Source of the DNA: Spizellomyces punctatus DAOM BR117
Lineage: Eukaryota
Strand: one strand, 5' to 3'
Length of the DNA stretch: 64,000 nt
Assembly: GCA_000182565.2 (NCBI GenBank)
Contig: KQ257458.1
Shown here: positions 18,822-35,400 of the stretch, piece by piece
How positions within the stretch are numbered: the stretch's first letter is position 1
Layout: every line of letters begins with the position of its first letter
Notes under the pieces: model-generated
The model's database searches: none
The model's input: only the letters and a program-made list of their open reading frames with translations
What the model was told of the DNA's origin: nothing
Program-made: the position numbers and the translations under genes

Positions 18822-19813
18822 CTATGCAACTTTAACCTGTCCACCAATAGCAACTTCCTCACCGACTGGTCCAATCCGGGCCGTTGAACTACTGCTCCTT
18901 CTCAACCCAATCTTTTCCAAAAATGAATTCTTGCGTCTTGGCATAGGAGTCATTGGAGCTGCGCGCAGTTCTTCCCCTTTCTTGTCCTCTTCCGAGTTGG
19001 ATGCGCGGCGACTCTTTTTCAATAGTGATCTCTGGTGTCTGACAGGTGCCGGGGTAGAGGGCGTCGTCAATGTAGGCGATCGTGGACGCTTGGCAGGGAG
19101 GGAGCCTACTGTATCTGTTTCGGTTTCTGGCAGTGTATTTTCTGTTGTAGTTCGATCAAGACTTGCTGGTGGTTTTATCTGGCCCGTCGAAGCGAGTTTG
19201 ATGAAGCGGGGGTAACTCCCCAATCGAAGCATATCGTACACTTTGTCCATGACTGCATCCAAAACACCAGGGTAGACCGCACCCTTATCGTCAATCTCTG
19301 CCACAATACGCTTCCTAACTGCACCATTGATGTTCAGCTCCTGGTCAGCGCCAGGCGTCAAGAAAGTAGCAACAAGTATTTTCAGCTTCTGTTGCAGTAC
19401 AGCATGGTCCGAGGGTGACAGTACTATATCTGCCAGACTGGCCCGTGAATGGCGACGAAGGCTTGGAATAGACCCCGTTGTGGATTCTGAAGACACGGAG
19501 CGACGGTGTATTTCGGAATCATTCTGTCGCTGATTGGCAGCAACGTAACTGGAGTATATTTGGCTAGCTTCTTTCCGATATTCAGACGCAAGAAGCCAGA
19601 ATGAGAGATTTTCTGAAGTGTGTTCCGATTTGAGAAAACGCTTTTAAGAATTAAAGAAAACACCAAAGTCAATTCAACAAGATAACAAGGGGGGATCACA
19701 TTAAACCAAAGCAAACCAACCTCAAAGTCTTGCAACGAGTAAGGTGTTTGCGCCTCGTTGTTCAAAATCGTTCTTAAATGCACCCGAACCGCAGACGATG
19801 TTCTCAATGTCAT
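18822..19813 (-). CDS. RGS-domain (regulator of G-protein signalling) protein, one intron
   Basis: PYSLQDFE / RFLKSEHTSENLSFW...FLTPGADQELNI...VYDMLRLGSYPRF. Confidence 0.85.
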
Positions 19814-20588
19814 GGCTTCAAAAGCTCAATTTTCCACCTCAGTTGGAAGAAATTAAACGCACAGCGCTTTATAGTTCCAACCCTCCGATCGACCAACGCT
19901 TGAATTGTCAAATGGATTCCGACAGTTTCCATTGAAAATAACAAGCCCATCCACATCCCATGGTCCTATGCTGTAAATACAAAGGAGACACAAAGCTAGA
20001 ATTAGTCCAGCTTGACCGCAACATGTTGAAAAACAAGACATTGTGTAAAATGAGGCGTCATTGAATATAATGCCCATGTTTGCAAATCATTTCTTGTTTA
20101 GCTTTACATCTCTATAGGATTTAATTTTGCATTAAGGTTCTATTTTTGGTGACGCTTAAAAGTGAAAGCGCTCAAAGTATCCATGGAAAGAAAGAGGGTT
20201 TGAACATGGGGTCCCATATCCAATGACTATTGAAAGCTGTATTTGGCAGTGGGTTGTGAATAAGCATCAATGGCTGACCGGCGTGGAAAGTCAGATGTGT
20301 GTTCAGGATCCGTCAATTGCTTGCTATTGCTTGCTTTAGCATAAACTTAACGCACGAGACGCGTCGAACACCCCTTGTTGAATTGGCATTCTCGCCTAAC
20401 GATCTATGATAGAAACTAGAAGAATGACAATGAAAACACGTCTGGCAAAGTGCATTATATGCATTATTCAAATCATTCAACCATCATAGGGGAAATGTAC
20501 AATTACGTTAAATTAAAAAGGCCAATGTACAGCTACAAGAAACTAAAAAAAGCATCCACAAGAAGGCACTAAATAAATACGACTTTTA

Positions 20589-21361
20589 TCACATTCCACA
20601 AATGCCAGTTACCCTAATGGCATTGACGCTTTCGACAGGAACACATTGTTCATCTTCCATATCCATCATATCTGCTTCCAAAGGATCGTCAACTATCACC
20701 GCGCTCTCCGATTTGGGTTGGGTGTACACAGGGAGACACCAAGGAGAGGCAAGGGTAGACGCAAAAGTATCGGTTGGTCCTTGTGGGCGCCGAACAACAG
20801 TGTTGGCATCTTGGACAAGAGAATTAAGGAGAGATGTCGTCGGTGAAGATGAAGAATCCGCGGGAGCGTAGGCCTGGAATACTGCAACCGAAGGACGCTT
20901 GGGGCGGTGCTGCAGAATGAAAGGGAGGAGGACGAGGAGCGAGCGGTTAGACACGGTCGTATGGATTACGGAACTCCAGTGGAAATCCATGGCGTGCGCC
21001 CAACATGGGAGAAAAACGCTTGTCTTGTCCAATTGGCTTTCCGAGAAAAAAAAAAAGAAAAAGAAAGAAACACCATCAGCAGATCGCGCTCTCAATACCC
21101 TACCTCATCTGTATCCTCATCATCACTATCACACCCGCCTTTTCGCTTTTTATTAGACATCATACCAGCTTGAGTCCAAGGTTCAGCAGCAGGGGCAAAG
21201 AGACTGTTGTTGACGAACGGGGCAGGGTTGAATTGGGAAACATTGGACGTGCCCTGTGATGGGAAAAGATAGGGATGTGGATGGGTTTGCGACTCGGCTG
21301 CTGGGGCAGACCCCACAATCGCAGGATGAGGTAAAGGAGAAGGATAGATTAAGCTCTCCAT
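20589..21361 (-). CDS. Hypothetical low-complexity protein, probably one intron
   Basis: ORF 21092..21361 joins the 3' part of ORF 20589..21095 through plausible GT-AG sites. Confidence 0.5.
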
Positions 21362-21881
21362 ATCAAATTGCTTTGAAGGGGAAAATGCCGAGGTGATCTC
21401 TAGAGATCACCATGAAAACTCGGAGATCAGCAACCGTGACCCCGATATACTCGTTGAAAATCACATCCATCGCTCTACCTTTGCTGCCAAAATATTCCAA
21501 CACGTTTCGTACGATGGATAATCCACAAAGAAATCACAACCGACGTGGGAGAAACGCAGCAGCGAGGAAAGGAAGGGAAAAGGGTGGAGGGGGATCTTTA
21601 TATAAGCTAGACGATGATAAATGGGAATGTTCAGATTATTTCATTTATGGCATGAAGGGAGGTGGGCGCGGCAGTGCACGCGATCTGATTGGACAATCAT
21701 GGAAAGGGACAGGAGTGGCGGTTACTATTCGTGGAAACAAACAAAATGCAATTTATGCGAGAGGAGCGAGTATCGAACGGCTGAGTGTTCCAGAGCTTGC
21801 CATTTTTGGGGATATCGTTGAAAGTTCAGACGGCACACACCTCGCACAAAAGCAACGCTGGCAAAGTGACTGCGCATAATA

Positions 21882-23209
21882 ATGTATGCCATGGCAACAT
21901 CCCCTGCATCCTTCGTCGTCGCCATCCCGGCGTCGTCGCAGAGTTGGATCGCGTCGACTCATCTTCTCGCGTCGCACGGGGCAGTGGCAACCATGGAGTC
22001 GTCTTTCCTCTCTCAGCTGCGTTCTATTCCCATCAAGTCGGTGGTGTCCATATCTCTGTACTTTTTAACGTTTGGTGCATGTCTTACCATTGCCCTATCC
22101 CGAGCGCTGAGATCACTACCTTACACGATCGCCGCGTGGATATACACCCCTATAGCTCTCGCCTCCTTGTATATTACTTGGACCGAAATTTTCAAATTCA
22201 TCGAAAATGACTACCAAACCTTTGGGGGCAATAGTACCTTGACCGACTACTTGACCGAGAGCGACTGGTTCGACGCGGCATATGTGGCGGTGACGCGCAA
22301 CCCCGATGGTTGGTGGTGGAGCGTTCAGTTGTTGAATGTCGCCGCCGTTATTGTTGCCCTTATTTGGAGTGAGGGTGTACATCATTGGGCTCGGAAAACC
22401 GTCAAGGGGGGGCCGGGATTGATTAGAGCAGGTCTTGGTAGCGCTCTGGCCTACGTTTTGCTGGGATTTTTGGGCGCCATGAGTGTTTGCTTTGCTTCCT
22501 TTTTGGTGCAAAGAAGTGTGATAGAAAGTAAGTTATTCTCACTTCTCGATCTCGCAGTGTACTCATCTGTTGACTCACGTTTTCAGGAACCTACGTACTA
22601 AAGTCATCTCCTCGACTCACGCCTAGCGTCTTCCTTCTCTTTGGATTCTACGTTCTAGGAGTAGCCTATACGCCCTATATCGAACCATCTTCCGTGCTGT
22701 TTGGAGTCAATCTAAAGCTCCTTCATCTTGCTCTACTTCTGCCCGTCTTGGGCGCGGCTGGACCAGTTTTGATTCACAGGCCAAAGACAATCACATCCAC
22801 CACAAACCTGTCAAGCCAAAAAGGCATCGAAAGTTTGTACACCTTCTTGGCGATTGCAAACCTAGTCTCCTACGGTTTCGCGACGTACCAGCGTTGGCAA
22901 GACTGGAGCGGTCTCAACGTTCCGGAAATCCTGCAGAGACAGGCCGATGCTGTGTACGATAACCCGTGTCAAGTGAGCATCACTGCGGACCTTGCATTCT
23001 CCGGCCTGATTGCCGTACTATTCCTCGCTAGCGAAGTCCGGAAAGGTGTTAAGGCGGGCCTGGTTGCACCTCTTCACGGTTTCTTGGTAGTCTTTGGGGG
23101 GATGATCGCTTCGCCGATTGTTGGAATCGCGGTGGTGCTACCTGCGTTTTTGGCATGGCGTGAAGGGTGGGTTAGGAAGGAAGTAGGTGCCAAGAGCAAA
23201 GCAGCATAA
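21882..23209 (+). CDS. Multi-pass membrane protein of unknown function, spliced
   Basis: Hydrophobic ORFs 21882..22601 and 22694..23209 are linked by an intron near 22528-22587. Confidence 0.7.
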
Positions 23210-23696
23210 GAGCGGCATTATTTAGTGCCACATGTTTTCTGTTGTTGTTTGTTGTTCTTTATAGTTGGATACCGTTGTAGAGTGTATTGTATTTGAGATG
23301 CGGTAAAAATATTACTGTGAGGTAACCGAGATCAGTGAGGTAGCCTCAATGTATGACGCAGAGCAGTAGTTGCCGCGAGATCTTGTCCAAGTGCAACACA
23401 GGTCGAAAATATCCCCTTACTGGTCTTTGGAGTCCTGTTTCGTACTTTAGGTGTCATCAGGGCAAAGTATCGATTGTATCGGGGCATGTCCCCTTTGTAA
23501 AGAAACACCAACCATGGGCGAAGGACAGATTGGACAAGGCATGGAGCTTACGTCACGCGTATTCATGCTCACAAGAACGCGCATCGCGACCATCACCTTT
23601 GAAGTCGAGCCTGCCTCGCAATTGGCAAAAACACAATCCCGACACCATCCCCAGCAAACGCAAACAACTACACTGTAAACAGACACTTTAAAGAAT

Positions 23697-25443
23697 ATGA
23701 CTGCTATATTCAACGAAGGGAACATGGACGTTGGTGGAAATCATCGGATTGAGCCTGATGTATGAGCATTTTTTCGCAACCCCCGTCGGCGCATTTCCAA
23801 CTTTTCTACTTCGATCACCTATTATAGCATGAAGGCTTATCCTACCACAAATGGTACAATATACCATGCGCCGATCTTCTTGCAGCATCGAAACAGCAGT
23901 TGGTGGTGATTCCCGGGGATGTATCTGTTGAGCAAGCTTGCGAGGTAGGTGTGTTTTTCGAATATAAAGCAACAGGAGATGATTCAACGGTTCTTTTCAG
24001 ACTTTGATTAAGAATGGGATTTCGTCTGCGCCTGTTTGGGATAAGGTAGGTAGGGATACGGCAAACCGTTTCGGTTAATGGCGCCCGGAAACGCTGGTAG
24101 ACAGCTCAGCGTGATTCATTGGCAGGAACGGAGCACTTTTGTGGGAATGTTTGACTACCGGTAAGATCATACAGTCACATCAAATCTGCAACCGTTAGCA
24201 TAACACCTTTCCCCCGACAGGGACGTGGTCACCTATGTGCTAATAGGACTAAGCAAAGACGCACCTCTCGACGATTCAACACCGATGGAGCTGAAAGAGT
24301 TGGTAAAACGGGCACGTGCACATCAACCCGTTCCAGCAAAGCTTGCAGCAGGTATTCTATCGCAATGGTCTTTTATAAATATTACCTGTGCCGCCTGATA
24401 ACCTTGTTTATCAGATATCTCACACAAAAACCCGTTTTATTCCGTCATGGAGGAAACACCCCTTTTGCAAGTCGTAAGTTGAGAGTTCTACATCTTCAGC
24501 TTGTTTATACTATCCTCAAACTTTGTCGATCGGCATTAGGCAGATCTTTTCTCCAAGGGAATTCACCGTGTCGCAGTGAGGGACGGGGAATTGAGAGGCA
24601 TTATTTCACAGAGCACTGTTATTCAATATTTGTACAATAATGTAGGTGCTTCTTGTTCTCCAGTTGCACAGTAATGACGGACTCAAGCTGTGTTGCACTC
24701 TATTCCACTAGTTGAAGCTGTTTCCGGATGTTCAGCAAATCTTTGCTAAACCGGTACGTTGGATGAGTACACAAACATAACTACACACATTCTGGTTAAT
24801 TACGGTTCTCGTGTATGATAGTTACGCGAACTGGGTCTGGGTAGCAAATCCGTCGTTGCAGTCGACGCGCAAACAACCGTCCTGGAAGCCTTGAAAATCA
24901 TGGGTAACCTTCGACTATCTCTCCTTCGCGCATATACCATTATCTTACAAATTCCTTCTAGCCAAAAATGATGTGTCTTCTTTAGCCGTATTGAACGACA
25001 GTGGTGGCATCGTGGCGAATTTGAGCATGTCAGACATCAAATGGGTCATGCGATCATTTCGGTTTAATTTGCTCTGGGAGACTTGTTTGCATTTTGTTGG
25101 GTTCATTGATTCCGAACAGGTAAGGTCTACATATCGCGGATCATATGAATTCATACTAATAACACTTCGTTCGGACCAGGGCCTGATGGACGGGAAGGTA
25201 CACATCCCTTTCTCTACCGCACAAGTAGCAGTTGCTCACTAAACACTCTTGCCATAGGACAAGCTTCCTGTCTTTGACGTTCTTGAAACATCAACATTAG
25301 GCTATGCTGTTGGGAAGATGGTAGCAACACGCGCACACCGCGTCTGGGTTGTGGAGCGGGCGGGCGGACCACCTGTGTCGGTGGTGACGTTGACGGATGT
25401 ATTTAGGGTGATTACGCCAGCAGATAAGATGGAGGAAGAATGA
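23697..25443 (+). CDS. CBS-domain protein, Sds23/AMPK-gamma-like, many short exons
   Basis: Exons read TLIKNGISSAPVWD, GIHRVAV..GIISQSTV, DVSSLAVL..VANLSMSDIK and KMVATRAHRVWVV..VVTLTD. Confidence 0.85.
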
Positions 25444-25712
25444 GCTTTTGTTTTTTCTGATTTGGGGAGAGAGTGGAGTTTGATGGTTTTCGGGGGCAAT
25501 CGGCCTTCTATTCCGAGGGAAAACAGGTGATTGTGTCGATGAGCAGCATACCAGTCATGAAAACGTTTCCCAAGGATAACGTGGTTGTGTAAATTTGATA
25601 TTCCATCCGTAAACTTGTAAACTTGGGTTGGCACGGTTATTCCGCTGGTGGATATCTTCATCTCTCTATATTCGATTGAACTATCAATCCCATTAATGGT
25701 CGAAATCATCTA

Positions 25713-26412
25713 CTATATGCCAGTTTCTGCAGTTTGCGCCTCCAATTTTTCAACTTCTATTTCCTCCAAGTACTTCTGATCCGCCTGGTCGGCAATAATT
25801 GCCCGTTCACGCTCCGTCAACCCTGGTCGTCCATAGCCAAGCTTTTCCAGATTTCGCTGCATTGAAACAAAAATGCAATCAGCCTACATGATCACTCAAA
25901 TACAATCCTCACACGTATCAGAAAAGTACCTGTTGAATTTGGAAGCACTTTTTAAACGCCTTATTCTTCTCAGAACAAAGAGAAGACCTCTCCATCCACG
26001 ACCCATTCCTTAAACAGTCAGCATATGCCCAATTTAGATCCGCACAATTATTTCTTGCAGTGATCTGCAGCGCATGCGGGGCGAGTTTGTGGGCTACAGC
26101 TGAGGCCAGTGCTTCGCGTTCCTCTTGAATAATTTTTTGGAGACAGTCCCGTTCGGCAGGGGTAGTAGGAGGACCAGGAAGAGGGTGGTAAGGATTTTCC
26201 CATACTTCGGGGGCAATGTGAATTTTCTCTGCTACGGGATCAGATCTTGGTATTGTTGGCGTAGGTTCCTCAGGTTGCGGCCGGCTGGTGGTGGGTTTTG
26301 AGGAGAGGCCAAGGGAGCGGAGAGTCCAATTCCATGCGGACGACAAAGTGGACGGCTGGGATGTGCTAGTCGTATTCTCGCGGTCTACCCGCGCATCGTC
26401 CTGTAGTGTCAT
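25713..26412 (-). CDS. Small conserved-looking protein with paired Cys helices, one intron
   Basis: ARNNCADLNWAYADC..GSW..R..LC..KNKAFKKC, then exon RNLEKLGYGR. Confidence 0.6.
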
Positions 26413-26800
26413 TATGCAGTAATGGAATGATCTTCCGAAACCATATTCGCAGTGGGATCTCCGTTCAGGTTGTTGCCATGTCACCAAACTCTAATGTAAT
26501 GTTACACAAGCGCGCGTGACGGACAAGCCGCCACGGGATTTCGATCCCCTGTTGCTTATTCCTGCTATCCCCCATAAACTTTGGGCCATTTCTAGAGTAT
26601 TCTCAATAAGGGTACGGGTGAGTGATGATGATATACTAGCTGTGGTGAGATAGTGATTGAACGCTGACTTGGTCTTGTTTCTCTTGCTCGCAGCCTTCAT
26701 CGTGGTGTCCATTTTGGTATAACACGCGCCGTCCCACTGGAGTCCGACCCCAAAACTCGCATTTGACAGCGAGGAGACAAACCCGAATTTATCCCTTAAA

Positions 26801-27973
26801 ATGTCCAAAGTAATGGAGAAGGTCCGGTTCATCTTCCGGACGTTCATCTTTGTCGTTATCATGGACTGTTCCGCCGCGTCTATCAATCTCGTACAATACC
26901 CGTCCCTCATTCTCTCCCTCGTCTCACGCCACCTCTACCGACGATACATCCAATTTACACAGGCCATGTTTGGCTCCTTGATCGTACTGCTGACATATCT
27001 TTTTACACCTGTGGAGATTGTTGTAACCGGCAATCATAGACATCTGGATAAAGATGCCACTGCGGTCATCATGGCCAATCATCAGATCTACAGCGATTGG
27101 TGGTGGCTGTGGATTTTGGCGTGGAAGAGGAATGCGCATGGAAGTTTAAAGATTATTCTAAAAGAGTCTTTGAAGTTTTTGCCCGTATTTGGTACGTTTT
27201 GGGTGTAAACCACGACCACGGATCTCTGTACTGATCCCGTTTTATTTCTAGGTTGGGGAATGCAATTCTTCGAGTTTATCTTCCTCGCTCGTAAATGGGC
27301 TCTGGACCGAGTTACTATGTCAAAAATCCTTCATCGCTCGCTTCGCGACAAACTTCCAGTCTGGTTGGTCATCTTTCCCGAAGGCACTATCATTACTGAC
27401 GACACGAAAGAAAAGTGCCGTGCCTATGCCAAGAAGATGGATATCCCCGATGATCCACAACATGTCCTCATACCAAAATCGACTGGCCTATACTTTTGTC
27501 TCAAAAATCTCCAACCCGCCGCCACCCATCTATGGGATATCACAATGGGTTATCAGGGACTAGATGGAAAGCAAACCCCCTACGAAGTCTATAGTCTGAG
27601 TCGAGTCTTTTTTGAAGCCAAGGGTCCTGAGCGTGTTCACATGCACGTCCAAAAATTCCCTGTAAAAGATCTTCCGGGCTTCAACGAAGCGGCGACAATG
27701 AATACAAGAGATGACGAAAAAATGGATCGTTCTGAAGTCGAAAGCAAGAAGGACGAAGACCGCTCAGAGCAGTTTAGTCTCTGGCTTCGGAAGCGGTTCT
27801 TAGAAAAGGACGAGTTGATGGCTGAATTTTACAAGAACGGCCAATTTAGTGACGACGGTGATGAGCCTTTGATTATTCGGCCTGTGCCTACGCTCGCTGA
27901 CTGGGCATCTTTGGCGGGTGTCCTGAGTCTTGGGACGGGAGTGGCTATTACCCTTTGGAATTGGTGGATATGA
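26801..27973 (+). CDS. Lysophospholipid acyltransferase (PlsC family; lysocardiolipin/Cst26-like), one intron
   Basis: NHQIYSDW, LKIILKESLK.LPV.GWGM, FIFLARKW and FPEGT motifs. Confidence 0.92.
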
Positions 27974-28285
27974 AATTACTCGACTAGAGATGAATGTGTA
28001 GGGTACACTGTAGCACGTCGAAATGATATCGTATGTTTGAATAGCCAATTTTATATATACGGGAAAGTTAGACCTCTTTAACGTGCCCTCGTGCGGATAC
28101 GCTTTGCCAGCGTAGTCATTTTCAAGGCAGGAATATAAAGCTGTTTGCGGGACTCTTAAAGGTTTCTTTGATCCCACTGTTGATCGTCGCTTACGCGAAT
28201 TGGAAGGATGAATAACATCACGTGATCCTGACAGATGAACGTCGACTTCTTGCCCAGGTGCGCTGGTGATCTGCAGGTTGAAAGC

Positions 28286-30096
28286 ATGCCAGGGCCCCCG
28301 GTACCATACCAGCCATCACGTCATGATACCTATCTTACCGACACACCAACAGACCCCCTCCCCGTCAAAACTGTAAGATCCCTTTCCGCCAACCGACCGT
28401 CTGCAACAATCCGCCAGGCCTTCACCGGCAATTCACCGTCCGTCGAGCGTTATGAAAAGCTCAACCGAGTTGGAGAAGGAACCTACGGTATTGTTTATCG
28501 TGCGCGCGACAAAGCTTCGGGTACAATAGTCGCCTTAAAGCGAATACGGATGGAACAGGAGCAAGAGGGGTTACCTCTGAGTTCCTTAAGGGAGATATCT
28601 CTTTTAAAGAGCTTGAGGCACGAGAATGTTGTGAGCGTCTTGGATGTGGTTGTTGGAAATGGCTTGGGTAGGCTATTTTCTTAGCGTTTCGGCTGATGGA
28701 AAGTAACTAAGATCTGACATGAAATCCCCGATCTAGACAACATATTTATGGGTAGGTGGTGGATTTCGAATGGTTGATGTAGAGTATGAGTAATTCATGC
28801 TGGACATTGCGATCTGCACTTGAGTAATGGAATATTGTGAACAGGTATGCAAATGTAGTTTCCCGCGGTTGTCTTGGAACTCTATTTAATCCTTGCTTCA
28901 GGACATGGGTAACTTAATGGATAATGTCATCAACAAAGGGCCACATCCTGGGTACAGAGAAGCTGAAGGTAAACTCTGCCGGTCAATGCATACCGAGTGT
29001 TCTTGGGTGGCTTCTGATACTTAGTTGTATTACAGTGAAGTGTCTCATGTCGCAACTCTTGACAGGACTGGGTATGTGGTCGCATATCGAGTCAAGTGCT
29101 TGTACATGAGTACTTATACTTTACAGCATACCTGCATGATAATTATATTATTCACAGGTGCGTGCCTACATGCCTTTCAAATGTTATCTACTTTCTATGT
29201 TGACGATACCTGATGATTTTCATCTTGACATATATAACTGCAGAGACCTAAAATTATCCAACCTATTGCTGACGTCGAGTGGGATACTGAAAATTGGTGA
29301 GTGGGCAACAAAGATGCCAGAAACGTCTCATTTGGCACTTAATGTCACTGACTGAATCTCATATACTAGCGGACTTTGGACTTGCACGTAAATTCGGGAC
29401 ACCTGTCCGGCCGATGACACCTAAAGTAGTAACACTTTGGTACCGTGCACCGGAATTGCTGTTTGGTGAAAAGTCGTACACAACCGCAATCGACATGTGG
29501 TTGGTTGATTTGTTGGTAACTATCGATGTTCAAATGCTAACGTACTCCACAGGGCGGTAGGATGCATTTTCGGTGAGCTCATTCGAGCCAAACCTCTGCT
29601 ACCAGGCAAAGTCGAACAACAACAGCTTGATCTCATCTGCCGCCTATTGGGGACCCCGAACGCCCGAATCTGGCCCGGCTTTGATAAGCTTCCTTACGCC
29701 AAATCGGTGAAACTCCCGTCCATTCCGTACGATGATATTGCCGGCCAATTTAGCGAACAAAAAGAGTCTGTACGTAAACTCTTGAAAAGCTTGTTAACGT
29801 ATTACCCTTCAAGCCGCCTCACGGTTCACGAAGCGCTACGCCACGATTACTTTCGAGAGAGTCCGCCAGCGTGTGCGCCCGTGTTGTTGCCAACATACCC
29901 CGAGCTTCGAACAGAGGAGTATGCGCGAAATCCACGTAACAATGACCGGAAGCGACCCAGAGTGGAGGATCGTGATGTTAGCAGAGTCCGACGGAGTCGC
30001 GGACAGCTGGATCCATCCATTTTAACAAGAGCGAGAGAGGAGGAGGAAGAACTAGAATTGGGTGTTCCTGCTTATCAACAATTCCGGTTTTCGTGA
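28286..30096 (+). CDS. CDK10: Cyclin-dependent kinase, CDK10 (PISSLRE)-like, multi-exon
   Basis: [30 protein letters not shown] and [22 protein letters not shown]. Confidence 0.85.
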
Positions 30097-30359
30097 TATT
30101 GCATCCTATATTTGTAAATATACCGTGGTTAAGACTAGTGGGTGGCACAGCAAGTTCCAATCTCTCAGCCGTCAATCTTTCCATCCCCGATGATCTCTTT
30201 TGCGTGGTTTAACTCAGAGCGCTTTTGGTTCGTGGTATGACTGCCACTGCTGCAAACTGTCGGCACTCTACACACCTGCGAAGTCTCGCTTTTCCTCCTT
30301 CGTTTGTTGTGATAGATTGTTCACCATCACTGCCATTCATAACAACGCGATTCAGAACA

Positions 30360-32128
<1,769 letters not shown>

Positions 32129-32574
32129 ATTAACTAGCGAACAGAGTGGGAACTAGTTAACAGATGTTAGATGATGTCAAATGGGTGGTTGCATTCTGCA
32201 TTCATATAAATCAATCATTTAACCACAATGCGGAAACTCTAAAAGTGTGGTGTGGACTTGTCGTGGTTTTTGCGGGCTTGACGGGAAGGAACAAGTGGTG
32301 CATGAATTTATAAACTTTTTGAACGACGTATCTTGTCGTTTGTTCTTGTGTTCCAAATGTGACTTCAGTTACTTGTAATGTGATCCACCAGCGGCTAAAC
32401 TCGTCCCACCGTTCAACGTTCGCCCCTTGCGACGATTGCCTACGTTGGGGGACAGAAGTGTGACGCGGATGAATGTTCGCGTCACGCGTCTCACCCGCTT
32501 CGGCTATAAAGTACACTCACTTTCCTACAACGACTCATTACCATCCATCACCACACACCCCAACAACCCAAAGA

Positions 32575-33293
32575 ATGACCGTTGAAATCGAGACGCTCCC
32601 CCCACCAACCCTCTGGACCCGCTACGTCCTTGCGCTCCAAACCCACCCAGTACTTACAAAAGCCAGTACCAGCGCAACGCTCAATGCCCTCCAAGAACTA
32701 CTTGCATCACGTATAGCAGGAAGCGATGCACGGCTTGCCCGTCAAAAAGCGGCCAAGATGGCCGCATATGGATTTTTTGTGAGTGGACCGTTGGGGCATT
32801 ACCTATATCAAGGGTTGGATAAGGCTTTCAAGGACAAGACTGGTGCGGGATGGTCAATCTTGAAGCTTTTGGTTAGCAATTTGGTCATTGCGCCTATTCA
32901 GAATGCTGGTGAGTGTGCAGTGACTTTCCGCTTTGGGGTTTGGTATGTGGTTAATGTGGTTGCTCTTCCAGTCTACCTCGCGGCAATGGCGTACATTGCG
33001 GGAGCAGGCATTCCAGGCATTCTGCAAACCCTAAAAACCCGTCTACTTGGAGTCATGAAAATGACATGGCTCATCTTCCCATCTGTTCAGATCATTGCGT
33101 TCAAGGTAAATTTAAGCAGACTAATTTGTTCTCTGATATGTTACTCACCCAAAATTGCTCACAGTACCTCAGCCAAGAACTCTGGCTTCCCTTTTTCAAT
33201 CTCGTTGCATTCGTATTTGGGACCTACATTAATGTTGTAACAAAGTTGGCTGCCGAGAAAAAGAAGGGTGTTACGGGTGGGAAGGATTTGTAG
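32575..33293 (+). CDS. Mpv17/PMP22-family membrane protein, two introns
   Basis: Y..L..HPVLTKA.TSA, YGFFVSGPLGHY and QELWLPFFNLVAF.FGTYIN. Confidence 0.88.
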
Positions 33294-33549
33294 ATTTGGG
33301 TCGATCTTTGATAGTCTATTTCATTTTAAATAAAAATGATGATGCACGTTGGGACGAGAAACTGGATACTGGTGTGCCTGTGCTGTTGAAGTATTTCAAA
33401 GCAGTCTTGCGAAAGAAGCCTGCTCTATCAAAGACCTGGTGAATTGGAGGATGAATTGAATCCCACGGTCAAGATCACGTGAAATCGATCCAACTCAACG
33501 AAGATGAATCCCCTTGCCAACCCCAAGAGATCATCCAAACCCATGAACC

Positions 33550-35184
33550 ATGTCCAGATCACATAACCCCCGGTGCTATTTTGATATAGAAATTGCGGGA
33601 CAGAAGGGTGAGTTGGAATATGTGTGAATCTTCAATTGGCAGGTCATCTGTTTCCGTACCCAGTCTGATCTTGTTCCATTCCCTTGTCACCAGCCGGGAG
33701 AATCGTCTTCGAACTCTTTGCAGACGAAGTCCCAAAGACCGCGGAAAACTTTCGGTATGGCAAGGACGTTCCCTTATTTGGCAGGCATTCCATTAACCCG
33801 GCGTAATGAGCAGCGCACTATGCACTGGTGAACGCGGAAGAAGCGCCAAAAGTGGCGCAACATTGCACTATAAAGGCTCGGCCTTTCATAGAGTCATTCA
33901 AGACTTTATGCTCCAGGGCGGGGATTTCACGAATGGAGATGGAACTGGCGGGGAAAGTATTTATGGGAGCCAATTTCCGGATGAGAGTTTTAAGCGGAAA
34001 CATGATGTCGAATTTTTGCTATCAATGGCAAACCGAGGTCCCAATACGTGAGTATTGGTGCGATAGTTCTGTATCTCTTGGTGATTTTGCGATTAAGATT
34101 TGGGCGATTTAGAAACGGATCTCAATTCTTCATCACCTGCGCTCCGACGCCGCATCTGGACGGAAAGCATGTGGTGTTTGGAAGGGTAGTCAGTGGTCAA
34201 GACATTGTGCGCAAAATCGAGGTGCTGCCCACTGATAGAAAAGACCGACCCCACGATAAAGTCATCATCGCTAATAGTGGAGAGCTGGAACGTGTCGTTA
34301 CGAAGCGACGACCATCGGATCGGGACGCTACTGCTGAAACAAAACGGAGAAGGTCGCTCACCCCTTCTTCGTCGTCCTCTTCATCATCATCAGAAGAGGA
34401 ACGAAGACGTAAGAAGAAAACCAAATCTAAAAAACGGCGACGCAGATCGCCCTCCACTTCTTCCGAATCATCTTTATCGTCCTCCGAATCAAGCTCCCCT
34501 TCATCATCGTCCGAAGAGGAACGAAGCAAAAAGCGAAAAAAGGCAAAGAAGAAGAAGAAGAAGCAAAGTAAACAGAAGGAAGAATCCAAATCCATTGAGG
34601 AATCTCAAACCGTTGAAGAGTACGTTGGCATTGCTCCACCTGAGGAGATCAACGGTCCAAGGTCGTGGCTGGACCGTAGCGGTGGCAAGCATAACAATGA
34701 GCGAAGACAGTTGGTTAACGCCGACTTAACAAATCGGCATGGGTTTGAGAGGAGAGATAAGGATGGTCGCATTGTAAAGGGGCGGGGAATGATGGTACGT
34801 CAGGACGTCCTTTTGTTCAAGCCGCATGTTTAATCATCTTATATGACACAGCGATACCGACGAGAAAACGAAGGGTATCCACGGTACCACGATCAGCGCT
34901 CCCGTGACAGACATGACTCGTATCGTCGAGATGATCGGGACCTGCGTGAACGCATTGAGCACCGTCGCGAACGAAGAGATCAAGATGAGCCGAGTCGCAG
35001 CCAAGTTGTAGTTGTCGAGCGCAAACCCGAGAGACGAGATGGCGATTCAGGAGAGGAAAATGGGCATCGGGAGCAGAATGGGACTGAACAGGGCGAACGA
35101 GAAATGGAGGCAGATCACGATGGTGATGATGCACCTCTACAGGATTTGGGGGAGGTGGACGCTGAAAAAATGACGGAAGAGTGA
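33550..35184 (+). CDS. Cyclophilin (peptidyl-prolyl isomerase) with an R/S/K-rich tail, PPIG-like
   Basis: [39 protein letters not shown] and [18 protein letters not shown]. Confidence 0.92.
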
Positions 35185-35400
35185 GCCTTTAGGCCTGTGT
35201 GAATTGATTTGAATAATAAGATACAATAGTTCTGTAGTCCTTTCGATCGCTGATCATAGAGTTTTCCATGCAACAATGCATGCTAGTCAAACGTTCATGT
35301 ATTCATCAAAATCACTCATAAAGCAGGTGAGGTAAAACAAATCACAAATCAAATATCAAAAAAACACAGCGACAAAACAACAGATATGATGGCATAATAT